Source of the DNA: an uncultured virus (IMG/VR IMGVR_UViG_3300032116_000116) | Taxonomy: Duplodnaviria > Heunggongvirae > Uroviricota > Caudoviricetes | Virus record (IMG/VR): IMGVR_UViG_3300032116_000116 | Location: 1-64,000 of that record | DNA: 64,000 bases | Strand: one strand, 5' to 3' | Part shown: positions 20,710 through 29,510 of the stretch, piece after piece | Position numbering within the stretch: position 1 is the stretch's first letter | How the letters are laid out: every line of letters starts with the position of its first letter | The notes under the pieces: model-generated | Databases searched by the model: none | What the model saw: the letters and a program-made list of their open reading frames with translations, nothing else | What the model was told of the DNA's origin: nothing | Program-made: the position numbers and the translations under genes

Positions 20710-21651
20710 TTAGAAATTTATTTTAATAGGTTGACTTGATACAGTGTTTATTAATTGTGATGCCGCCTGTTGATCATTTGCAACACTTGCATTTTGTGTG
20801 TTGTAATATGTATCTCCGTTCTTGAAAACGTGTTTATTTTGTATATGTGCGTTTGCCCAATTAATTAAAAGATCATTATCTAAATTAATCATTTTTTGTC
20901 GATCCACCCCTTTATATTCTAAATAAACTAACGCCTTTACCCTATCGGTTATTTCAGGTGGTGCTTGTTGTGGTTGAGTTTGTTGAGTTTGAGTTTGTTG
21001 TGGTTTAGTTTGTTGTGTTTGTTGGCCACCCGAAGAGTTTTGACCTTTATATTTACCAAAAACCCATGCGGTGATTTTACCTCCTTCCCCATGGTAACAC
21101 CAATGTCCACACTTCCCTTTTTCATTAAAGATATCAGCGTGTCCCGATATTCCCGGCCATTTGGGGTTATTGGTTATGACAAAAATTCCTTTGTTACCTT
21201 TTAGATATTTTTCAATATTTTCTGGAGTGTTATCTATTGAATCAATTGTAGGTTCCCCAAAAGTTCTTGTTAAATAAATTAAACTATTTTTAGCACCTGT
21301 TGTAATATCTTTACCTTTAGTGGGATACGTAATACCTTTAAACGTCCAATCTTTTTCACTTCTAAATGCACGACCACATTCTACACCCATTTTAATTAAT
21401 GCCAAACATAATCTGGTTGCACATGCATTTTGGAATGTTTGTGGTGATTGTTTATATTGGTTTGGGAATATACCAGGAAAAATTTCTTCCTCATCCGCAT
21501 TAGGAAAATTATTCCATAAGGCATTAAAATCCATACTTGTTACCACATTTTCAGGATTTACTGAAGCCTCGTTTAATACTTTCCTTGTTACTCCTTCGTA
21601 TAGACCTCTTATTCTTGTTTTTTCTTCTTCTGTAATTATAAATTTTCCCAT
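20710..21651 (-). CDS. Tae4-like (NlpC/P60-type) peptidoglycan amidase
   Basis: NACATRLCLAL and W...SGHADIF Cys/His motifs; start taken at MGKFIITEEE. Confidence 0.7.
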   Translation of the reverse strand: MGKFIITEEEKTRIRGLYEGVTRKVLNEASVNPENVVTSMDFNALWNNFPNADEEEIFPGIFPNQYKQSPQTFQNACATRLCLALIKMGVECGRAFRSEKDWTFKGITYPTKGKDITTGAKNSLIYLTRTFGEPTIDSIDNTPENIEKYLKGNKGIFVITNNPKWPGISGHADIFNEKGKCGHWCYHGEGGKITAWVFGKYKGQNSSGGQQTQQTKPQQTQTQQTQPQQAPPEITDRVKALVYLEYKGVDRQKMINLDNDLLINWANAHIQNKHVFKNGDTYYNTQNASVANDQQAASQLINTVSSQPIKINF

Positions 21652-21664
21652 ATTGAATTTTTTT

Positions 21665-22057
21665 TTAGGTTGGATAATTGGTTCTAATTTCACTAAAATT
21701 ATACAAAACCAATTTACCGTTTTCACATTTCCATCTACACAATTGATATTTCATTGATGCAGGAAGTAACCTTGCATTATATTTTCCTTCACTGTTAACA
21801 TAAACATCTGTTTTATATAACGTCACATCTTTACCATTATATTTTCCCGACCAACTATCAGGAACATTACGACCTCCTTTTAAAGGTGAGTAATGTCCTT
21901 TTTCAAATTGAAATCCTTTTAAACAAGATATATCATCTTTTTTAGGTACGATAGTAGGTTTTATAGTTGATGTGTCTCTACCCATATTTTGTTCACTGAT
22001 CACATTTTTAATCAAGTCGATCAATTCACTTTCTGTTAATCTAACAACTTTCTTCAT
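21665..22057 (-). CDS. Hypothetical protein with VRLTESEL leader
   Basis: 130-aa ORF; ATATTTAT upstream. Confidence 0.7.
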   Translation of the reverse strand: MKKVVRLTESELIDLIKNVISEQNMGRDTSTIKPTIVPKKDDISCLKGFQFEKGHYSPLKGGRNVPDSWSGKYNGKDVTLYKTDVYVNSEGKYNARLLPASMKYQLCRWKCENGKLVLYNFSEIRTNYPT

Positions 22058-22108
22058 ATTTTATTTTCTATATAAATATAACAAAAAAACACTCCCGGTT
22101 CCGGAGGT

Positions 22109-22351
22109 TTAACTTTTTCTCATCTCTCTATATTTTAGATATACACCGACAAAGAAACCCAATGATGAAGAATATTTTAAACATTCTTCCATAGTCGAAC
22201 CCATCAACATAAGAATAATGAATGAGATGACAGTTGTACCGAAAACTTTCCAAAAGACACTAACCAATAAATAAAACAAACCGAATGGTAATAATAGAAT
22301 AACAAAAAGAATACTGAGAATATAACCAAGTATTTTCGTTATTATTTTCAT
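22109..22351 (-). CDS. Small membrane protein
   Basis: 80 aa, strongly hydrophobic. Confidence 0.6.
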   Translation of the reverse strand: MKIITKILGYILSILFVILLLPFGLFYLLVSVFWKVFGTTVISFIILMLMGSTMEECLKYSSSLGFFVGVYLKYREMRKS

Positions 22352-22419
22352 ATCATTATAAAATCATAATTTAATTTGATTATTTCTTTAATCCTTTGTA
22401 TGTTTTCTTGTAGATTCAT
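22348..22419 (-). pseudogene. Orphan MNLQENIQRIKE leader with no cargo domain (23 aa)
   Basis: Own translation MNLQENIQRIKEIIKLNYDFIMI*; DNA nearly identical to the starts at 23300 and 23819. Confidence 0.6.
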
Positions 22420-22421
22420 TT

Positions 22422-23300
22422 TTATTTCACAATTTCTTTGAATTTATCCAAATAAACAGTTCTTTCGGAATCGACATTTATTAATTTAGTTGTTGGTGTC
22501 ATATATTCGTCTTTGACTTTAATATAATATACACCATTGTCCACTACTCCGAGTTCATTCAAAAAGTAATTTATAAATTCATCATCTAAACCATTACTTT
22601 TTAATAATCCAATCAATCCATCTTTTGTTAACTCAGTAGTTGGGTCTCCAATTGAAATATCAGGTTTTTGTTTTGTCACCTCATACTTAGTTAAATATTG
22701 TTTCAAAACTTCTTTTGGGTCTCTTGGTTCCGTTAGTTTTCTAGTCTCAACATTTTTTAATAAAATATAAATTGGAGCGTGAAGTAAAACATTTTTAATC
22801 TTTTCGTTTGGTATATATTGTAAAATACCATTTCCGATATCATCTATTATAATTTTTTTATGTCCACCATATTTTACTTCTTGAGCCATATACCAATTTC
22901 TATAATCAAGTCCTTTTATTAAATCTTTATTATGTGGGTGCAAAGGGAAACCTACTGTTGTGTCTCCTCTTTTCTCTCCGAACCCTCCTTTTCTTTTTTC
23001 CGCCATTTGTTTATGAAATTCTTCACCTGATTGTGGATTAGGTCCATCACCAGAGTGGTCGTATTTGATTCTGTTTTGAATACATTGATCATCATCACAT
23101 CCAAACATATCACTATCAATTTGAACCCACTGATTGGGGTCTGTTGATTTAAAAAATGGAACCGCATTTAAAATTTTAGCAGTTTGTGATTTTCCCGCAG
23201 ATGACGTTCCATCAATCAAAATGATTTCTTTTTCTTGGGTTTCTTCCGTAAGAAGTCCCATTATTTCTTTAATTCTTTGTATGTTTTCTTGTAGGTTCAT
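22422..23300 (-). CDS. P-loop small-molecule kinase (chloramphenicol phosphotransferase/nucleotide kinase-like)
   Basis: IILIDGTSSAGKS Walker A; IIIDD. Confidence 0.75.
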   Translation of the reverse strand: MNLQENIQRIKEIMGLLTEETQEKEIILIDGTSSAGKSQTAKILNAVPFFKSTDPNQWVQIDSDMFGCDDDQCIQNRIKYDHSGDGPNPQSGEEFHKQMAEKRKGGFGEKRGDTTVGFPLHPHNKDLIKGLDYRNWYMAQEVKYGGHKKIIIDDIGNGILQYIPNEKIKNVLLHAPIYILLKNVETRKLTEPRDPKEVLKQYLTKYEVTKQKPDISIGDPTTELTKDGLIGLLKSNGLDDEFINYFLNELGVVDNGVYYIKVKDEYMTPTTKLINVDSERTVYLDKFKEIVK

Positions 23301-23819
23301 TTAAGATTTATTAATTAACTCATTAATCAATTCATTGATTTTTTTTAAAGGTTCGTCAGTTCTTAAATCCAAATACATTTCATTTGGATTATCTTTATTT
23401 GCATCAACAAAACCTAACTTTTTATAATACTCATGAAGTTTTGGTCCACTGAATTCGTCCCTTTTTAATGTAATGATGTTTATTTTATTTCTTTTTGAGT
23501 GTTCAAAAATATTTTTTAATAATATCAATCCAATACCTTTAATTGCATCATTTTTTCTATCTATTCTTTCTAAATAGAATTCTTTTGTTTTCCATGGAAG
23601 TTCAAGTTCGATACCCATTATTTCATCTTCACCGAAATATTTAACTTCCGCAGTTGCATCACCCAAAGAATAATATATGGTTGTCACATCACTTATTGCT
23701 CCTTTATTTACTTTTATATCTGCGGGAGTATTGTTCAATTCTTCTAATGTGGTACTTTCATTTTCTGAAATTAACCCCATCATTTCTTTAATCCTTTGTA
23801 TGTTTTCTTGTAGGTTCAT
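23301..23819 (-). CDS. GNAT-family acetyltransferase
   Basis: KGIGLILL motif A; YYKKLGF motif B. Confidence 0.75.
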   Translation of the reverse strand: MNLQENIQRIKEMMGLISENESTTLEELNNTPADIKVNKGAISDVTTIYYSLGDATAEVKYFGEDEIMGIELELPWKTKEFYLERIDRKNDAIKGIGLILLKNIFEHSKRNKINIITLKRDEFSGPKLHEYYKKLGFVDANKDNPNEMYLDLRTDEPLKKINELINELINKS

Positions 23820-23864
23820 ATTACTATGTTTATTTCTTGTTCGGTAATTATAAGTTTTCTCATA

Positions 23865-24914
23865 TTATATGTAATTATTTTCTCTCAACATAAAATGACC
23901 TAATTCAAATGTTAAAATAGATTTAATATTTTTTTCTTCCCAGTATGGTATTCTTATTAATTGTATGTTGTTATCTTTACAATAATTTGTTTTAATTAAG
24001 TCTCTTTCTTGTAATGACTTAAATCCTTCTTCTCCACCAAAATACTCAATAGGTTCAAAATGTTGGATACCGTCATATTCTATACACACCTCAGTACCAT
24101 CATTTTTTATTACATGAGCATCAAATTTTAGTTTATCACAATATCTTTTACCACCATAACCAAAGCAACCATCGAAAGATTTTTGTTTATTTACTTTATA
24201 ACCTAATTCGTTTAATACACTTATCACCTGAGATTCGCCCTTACTTTCTTTTTTACCACATATAGGGCAACCTGTTTTTCCTTTTTTTAGGTTATGTATG
24301 TTTATACCTTCTTGAGCAAAAACAAAAGGTGTTGTGTGTTTTGTACATATAACATCTTTAACAAATAAAGTTTTATTTTTTAAACCATCCGTCTTATAAA
24401 AAAAATTTTCAGGTTTAAATGATAATCCTCTCTCCGCGGGAAAAGAATTAATCCAATCTCTCACATTTATTTTTACTGCAGATATAATTCTATCTTTACC
24501 ACATTTTCTACAACCGTTCCCCCTTATTTTTAAATCTTTTACATTGATGTTATTTGATATACCATGTTCCTCACCATTTTCATCTGTTTTATGACATTTT
24601 ATACCATCAATAAATCTTCTACCGTTTATTAATCTATATTTTACATTGGAAAAATCTAATTCAGGAAATTGTTTAATTAATTCTTGGGTTACCACATCGT
24701 CATCTTTTTTTTTAGGGGAGATTCTTAACAAATATTTCGTAATATCACCCCATGTATTTGAATCGTAGTTTCTATAAATGTATGTTTTTATGCCTGAATA
24801 TTTAGGATCTTTTCTAAAATCATCCATAGACGAAAATTTAGAAACGTAATCTTTAACATCACTTAAAGTCCATATTTTTTTTTCAATTTCATATAATATT
24901 TCTAATAATTTCAT
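23865..24914 (-). CDS. Zinc-ribbon plus Vsr/DUF559-like PD-(D/E)xK endonuclease (homing-endonuclease-like)
   Basis: GCRKC, GCPIC, SKGE, LKFD, IEYDGIQH, RDxxK, LIRIPYW. Confidence 0.8.
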   Translation of the reverse strand: MKLLEILYEIEKKIWTLSDVKDYVSKFSSMDDFRKDPKYSGIKTYIYRNYDSNTWGDITKYLLRISPKKKDDDVVTQELIKQFPELDFSNVKYRLINGRRFIDGIKCHKTDENGEEHGISNNINVKDLKIRGNGCRKCGKDRIISAVKINVRDWINSFPAERGLSFKPENFFYKTDGLKNKTLFVKDVICTKHTTPFVFAQEGINIHNLKKGKTGCPICGKKESKGESQVISVLNELGYKVNKQKSFDGCFGYGGKRYCDKLKFDAHVIKNDGTEVCIEYDGIQHFEPIEYFGGEEGFKSLQERDLIKTNYCKDNNIQLIRIPYWEEKNIKSILTFELGHFMLRENNYI

Positions 24915-24965
24915 ATTATCATAAATATTCTGAAAAATTTCCAGAAATTTTTTTTTTCAGTTTTA
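24910..24965. repeat. ~55-bp direct repeat, copy 1 (late motif plus start codon block)
   Basis: ttcatattatcataaatattctgaaaaatttccagaaatttttttt(t)tcagtttta, also at 26401-26455. Confidence 0.9.
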
Positions 24966-26405
24966 TCGATTAAAGTCCAATTTTAGGATTTTTAAGAATT
25001 GATCAAGTTTATCATTAATGTTTTTTGTACCTATTTTTTCTAATTTTTGGTTTAAGTTATTTATTTTGGTATAGAGTGTTGGATTTGATAATCTTGCAAG
25101 ACCTGATTTAAATTCTATAGAAGAGGTTATTTGACTTGGATTATGTTTATAGTTATTTATTTCTTTTTCATAATTTTTTATAATAATACTAACCACTGAG
25201 TTATTGTTTCTTTTTATAAAGTCTTTGATATTTTTAATGATTTCATTATTTTCTATTGGTTTTGTTACTATACCATATATAACATCCATTTTAGATAATT
25301 CTGTTTCCATTAATTTTTGTATGTTATCATACATTGGGTCAATGATATCTTTAGGTAATTTTTTAAACACATTTATTCCGAATGTACTGATTAAGATTGA
25401 AGTTAAAAAATCGGGGTCATATACCGATAAGAATTTTTTTAATACATCGTATCTTTTATTTATTACTGATCCCCTTATTATGAATTTAACTTCATCTAAA
25501 TTATTTGAATTTGTCTTTATTAATTCTATTATTTCATCAGATGGTTTATTGAATATATTTTTATCTGATCTAATATTTTCTTTATTTGTTATTTTACTAT
25601 ATTCTATCATCCATTCTCTAATAAAGTTTTTAAAGTCATTATTAAATTCACCATAAAAATGATAAGCATTTCCAAATTCACAAACACTTGATTCTAAAAA
25701 TCTACTTATTGGGTCTTTTATGTTCCAGTCTCCCCTTTTTATAAGATAAAAGACTAATAGTCCATTTTGGACAGTATTAATTATTACTCGACCAGAACCT
25801 TCACCGACATCACCAAATCCGGCTGATGGTATTCCCGTTTGTAATATATTGGTATATTGTGTTAAGTTTTCACAAGATGTTATTTTCGGTTTTGATGACA
25901 TTTCGGCAATATCATGTGAGTGTCTTGAAATTACAACATATAATTTATCCTCACCTTTATATTCTTTAGTTAGTGCACCTAAAAAATCAGTATAATTTTT
26001 TAAAAGTGTATTGTCATTATCATTTAATACTTTGGTTATTTTTATTTCTTGTCCGTTTCTTTTATTTTTTGCGGTATTTTTATTAAAATCAACAATTGAG
26101 TAACCTAATTCTTCTAAACTTGATGATATTTGATTTTTTAATTTATCATCTAATTTAATGTCTATTTTTAATTTTGGTGTATGTTTGGTTGGTGTAATTT
26201 GTTCACCAGTTTGTAGATCATAGTATAAACGATAGACATTTTTACCAAATATTTCTGTTAATTTTTCTTCATAATCTGATTTTAATTGTTTTGATCTAAT
26301 TTGTTTAGATAGGTTAAGTGAAATATATTCATTAATTAAATTAAAATTAGATAACGTATTTTTAATAATATTTTTAAGTTGCGATTCTTTAATTAAAATT
26401 TTCAT
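24963..26405 (-). CDS. Hypothetical protein with MKILIKESQ leader
   Basis: 480-aa ORF. Confidence 0.75.
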   Translation of the reverse strand: MKILIKESQLKNIIKNTLSNFNLINEYISLNLSKQIRSKQLKSDYEEKLTEIFGKNVYRLYYDLQTGEQITPTKHTPKLKIDIKLDDKLKNQISSSLEELGYSIVDFNKNTAKNKRNGQEIKITKVLNDNDNTLLKNYTDFLGALTKEYKGEDKLYVVISRHSHDIAEMSSKPKITSCENLTQYTNILQTGIPSAGFGDVGEGSGRVIINTVQNGLLVFYLIKRGDWNIKDPISRFLESSVCEFGNAYHFYGEFNNDFKNFIREWMIEYSKITNKENIRSDKNIFNKPSDEIIELIKTNSNNLDEVKFIIRGSVINKRYDVLKKFLSVYDPDFLTSILISTFGINVFKKLPKDIIDPMYDNIQKLMETELSKMDVIYGIVTKPIENNEIIKNIKDFIKRNNNSVVSIIIKNYEKEINNYKHNPSQITSSIEFKSGLARLSNPTLYTKINNLNQKLEKIGTKNINDKLDQFLKILKLDFNR

Positions 26406-26455
26406 ATTATCATAAATATTCTGAAAAATTTCCAGAAATTTTTTTTTCAGTTTTA
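26401..26455. repeat. ~55-bp direct repeat, copy 2
   Basis: Identical to 24910-24965 except for T-run length. Confidence 0.9.
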
Positions 26456-26510
26456 CCCCTATTGATCCGATTTTCAGATTTTTTCCGGAAAAATTTCTGT
26501 TACGGCATTG

Positions 26511-26665
26511 TCCCCCCTTTCTAACCCCCCCTAAAAACCCCTATTTAAGGGGGGATACGGGAGGGGGGTGGTATAGGGGGGAGGGGTATGTAGGGAGATA
26601 GGGGGGTCGCCAGAGAAATTTTGAATCGGGACGGGGGTGGTCGGTCTGTATCTTGGATAGGGGGT
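26511..26665. other. C-tract/G-tract block with hairpin and G-quadruplex potential; candidate genome terminus, packaging or origin site
   Basis: Three C-runs then ten G-runs of 3-6 nt, at the late/early boundary. Confidence 0.55.
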
Positions 26666-26667
26666 AT

Positions 26668-26696
26668 AAAAAAAAGGTATCGTTTCCGATACCTTT
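26668..26696 (-). terminator. Intrinsic terminator of the gene at 26725
   Basis: AAAGGTATCG-TTTC-CGATACCTTT with a T-tract on the minus strand. Confidence 0.75.
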
Positions 26697-26724
26697 GTGA
26701 ACTCATTAGAGTCAATTTAAGACC

Positions 26725-27246
26725 TTATCTTTCTACAATGTAGTGAACACCACCCAAAGTAATTTCCTCAATAGAACTCAACTTAAATGATTGTACCAAC
26801 ACTCTCCTTTCTTGTGGTTGTCTTGAACTCTCACTCACTTTAACAAGGTAACTTTCAAACAATGTCTTTTCAACTTCGTTACCCTCAAAAATGTAACTTA
26901 CATTCGGTTTGATTTCGTCAAATCTTTCAACTTGTAAGTAGTGGGAATTGTGTTTCTCATTGAACAAAACACACTTTGAAATATGAACACCCACCTTATT
27001 TTCCTCACTCACAAAATTACCCTCTCCACCCTCTTTTTTATCATTGGTATTCACTCTCGTTTCGTACTCATTTCCAATAAGGTAGTTACATTTGTTCACT
27101 TTGAACACCTTATCATAATAAGGGTTATTTGTTTTGTTCATACGAACTTTTGTTTTGGAAACGATATTAACAAAGGTTGATTTATCAACATTCATTAAGA
27201 TTTCCAATAATTCAGTTTGTCCGATTGTTTTTGTTTCTTTGTTCAT
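26725..27246 (-). CDS. Early hypothetical protein; paralog of 33259-33786
   Basis: Shared IVSKTKVRMNK..NPY.DKV.K and SESSRQPQE; own TTTGG-N-TATATTTG promoter; no Ala. Confidence 0.8.
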   Translation of the reverse strand: MNKETKTIGQTELLEILMNVDKSTFVNIVSKTKVRMNKTNNPYYDKVFKVNKCNYLIGNEYETRVNTNDKKEGGEGNFVSEENKVGVHISKCVLFNEKHNSHYLQVERFDEIKPNVSYIFEGNEVEKTLFESYLVKVSESSRQPQERRVLVQSFKLSSIEEITLGGVHYIVER

Positions 27247-27685
27247 AGTTTTAATTTTTAATTGTTTCACAAATATACACCCTCAAAATGTATATTTCCA
27301 AATTTTTTTTTCCCTTTAACAAAACTTTAACATTTCGGGGGTGAAGGTTCGGGGTGACTTTTTTCGTGGCGAGAACCTACAAAGATACAAAATTATTTGT
27401 TAATAAAAAGTTAAAGTTTTCGTTAACAAAATTTTAAGAAAAAAAATTTGGAGGTGAACCCGTGAAGGTTTGGATTTTCTGTGGCGTGTAGGAAAAAAAC
27501 CACAAAGGTACGAAATTATTTGTTAATAAAAAGTTAAAGTTATTATGAGCCAGAGAAAAAGTTTTCCGGGTGATCCGGGGTTTACCCGTAAAATTCTTTA
27601 ACATAACATTAACATTCGGGTTGATTGTTTTGGGGTGTATAAGGTGTATATTTGTATATCGTTCACAAGTTAAAACTCTACTACT

Positions 27686-28060
27686 ATGTTAAAAAGAACT
27701 CTCACACTCGGACTTCATCATTGGACTGACAATGACTTAATCCTGAACTTTTATGTTACCAAATTCGGTACTCGGTACATTCATTTGAAAACCGAAGAAG
27801 AACTCTCCAAATTCATCGGTACAACTCCTTGTTCGTTTACCAAACAACAGATGAACTTCCGTTACCTTATGGGGTGTAAATCAAATGTCCTGACTGACTA
27901 CTCCAAACTTCAAAAGTTGGTGTTTGAAATGTTTGATGAAATCTCCTTCTACGAATTTCATCAAATCGTGAAAAAGATAGTTGGACAAGATGAATACGAA
28001 AGAAATAAATTCTTTGTGGAAAATGGATATAACCCTGAACGAATGATAATGATAAGTTAA
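27686..28060 (+). CDS. Early hypothetical protein
   Basis: Own promoter and terminator; no Ala. Confidence 0.75.
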   Translation: MLKRTLTLGLHHWTDNDLILNFYVTKFGTRYIHLKTEEELSKFIGTTPCSFTKQQMNFRYLMGCKSNVLTDYSKLQKLVFEMFDEISFYEFHQIVKKIVGQDEYERNKFFVENGYNPERMIMIS

Positions 28061-28080
28061 TCGGGTTGGAAACTGAAACG

Positions 28081-28110
28081 AAACCTCAACAGAAATGTTG
28101 GGGTTTTTTA
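28081..28110 (+). terminator. Intrinsic terminator; same sequence near 31558
   Basis: AAACCTCAACA-GAAA-TGTTGGGGTTT then T-tract. Confidence 0.8.
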
Positions 28111-28113
28111 TTT

Positions 28114-28312
28114 CCCACAGAACTCCGTGTTCACCAGATTCGCTGGTGGTAAATTTCTTTGGCTTGTAGAACCAGTTAGAAGATGTGGTTGGGGACACCG
28201 CATGCGAAAATATTTCTGTGGCGGTTGTCTTACATAATAGGGGTATTACAGGAGGTTACACGCCAAGGAAATTCCATAATCCCGGATCACCTGTCGTGTC
28301 ATCGTATTACAC
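28114..28312. repeat. Inverted-box element (compound copy)
   Basis: AGAACTCCGTGTTCACCAGATTCGCTGGT head; TTTCTTTGGC and TTTCTGTGGC...GCCAAGGAAA. Confidence 0.85.
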
Positions 28313-28391
28313 ATTCACAAAACTTTAACAAAATAAATTTGGATATAAGGGTATAAATTGGTTAACTTTGACGAAACAAACTTTCAAAGTT

Positions 28392-28673
28392 ATGTCTTAC
28401 ACAAAAGAAGAAATCAAAATGAACTTGTCAAGAAACCCTAAATGGATAGAAAGAGCGTTGGTTGTCTTACATAACCTCCAAACTACCGAAGAACAAATCA
28501 CAAACGAAACAATCAAAGAGAATGGGGTTGGTTTTAATTCATCGGATAGTCGGTATCTCTCCTATTGTGCGAAATGGATAAAGGGTGGTAATCACTTAAA
28601 CGAGAAACACCTCACTAAATGTGGTCAGAAACTCCCAAAGTATTGGAAACAAATACACTCAATGATTAAGTAA
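28392..28673 (+). CDS. Early hypothetical protein
   Basis: Start taken at MSYTKEEIK; QT.EEQ...NGVGF pattern. Confidence 0.75.
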   Translation: MSYTKEEIKMNLSRNPKWIERALVVLHNLQTTEEQITNETIKENGVGFNSSDSRYLSYCAKWIKGGNHLNEKHLTKCGQKLPKYWKQIHSMIK

Positions 28674-28727
28674 CTTCACACTCCACTCAAAACATTAAAC
28701 CTCCGATAGTATCGGGGGTTTTTTGTT

Positions 28728-28840
28728 AGAACTCCGTGTTCACCAGATTCGCTGGTAGATATTTTTTGTGGCGGATAGGTACAGATTAACCTACTCGCCA
28801 TGGAAAATTATCCTGATCGCAACAGCGGTTCACGGGGAAA
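28728..28840. repeat. Inverted-box element
   Basis: Same head as 28114; TTTTGTGGCG...CGCCATGGAAAA. Confidence 0.85.
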
Positions 28841-28925
28841 ATTCGTTAACAACATTTTAACAATAAAAATTTGGAAATATAAGGTATAATGTCGTATATT
28901 TGATAAACAATTAAAAACTACTACA

Positions 28926-29105
28926 ATGGACAAAATCACTCTCACACTCCTTCTCCTTACACTCGGACTAATGGGGTTAACAATGTTATTCTCTCACTAT
29001 ATGAGGAATGACAAAATCTCAAACATTTTTCTTCGTGTTTTATTCGGTTTGACAATGATGACATTCACTCTCTTTATGATGGACATTTTTCTCTCAAACA
29101 TTTAA
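28926..29105 (+). CDS. Small membrane protein (59 aa)
   Basis: Own translation MDKITLTLLLLTLGLMGL...; directly after a promoter. Confidence 0.6.
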   Translation: MDKITLTLLLLTLGLMGLTMLFSHYMRNDKISNIFLRVLFGLTMMTFTLFMMDIFLSNI

Positions 29106-29117
29106 TAACTACCAACT

Positions 29118-29456
29118 ATGACACACGAACAACTACACAACTTCGTATCGGAAAAAGGTGAAAGGGAATTTAACCCACAAGAAACCTTACAAGTATTAAC
29201 CCACAACAGAACAACATATTGGTCTTGGGGTGTATCTAAACTCCTTAATATGTTTAATAAGGGGTTATGTTTGAAAGTATCAGGACATCACCACAAAGGT
29301 TGGGTAATCATCACACTCGGTTTTACAGACACTTACTCGGTGTTTTATGTATCAAACAATGGTAAAGTCAAAGATGAACAACACTTGGTCTATTTTGACG
29401 AACTCACCGAAAGGATAGATGATAAAATCGAACGAATACCGATTTACAAACACTAA
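29118..29456 (+). CDS. Early hypothetical protein
   Basis: 112 aa; WSWG...V.G.HH.G.V...DTY...VYFDEL...ID..IE. Confidence 0.75.
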   Translation: MTHEQLHNFVSEKGEREFNPQETLQVLTHNRTTYWSWGVSKLLNMFNKGLCLKVSGHHHKGWVIITLGFTDTYSVFYVSNNGKVKDEQHLVYFDELTERIDDKIERIPIYKH

Positions 29457-29510
29457 TCACGAAATCGTAATACAGAAACCCTCGACAAAAGTCGGGGGTT
29501 TTTTGTTTTT

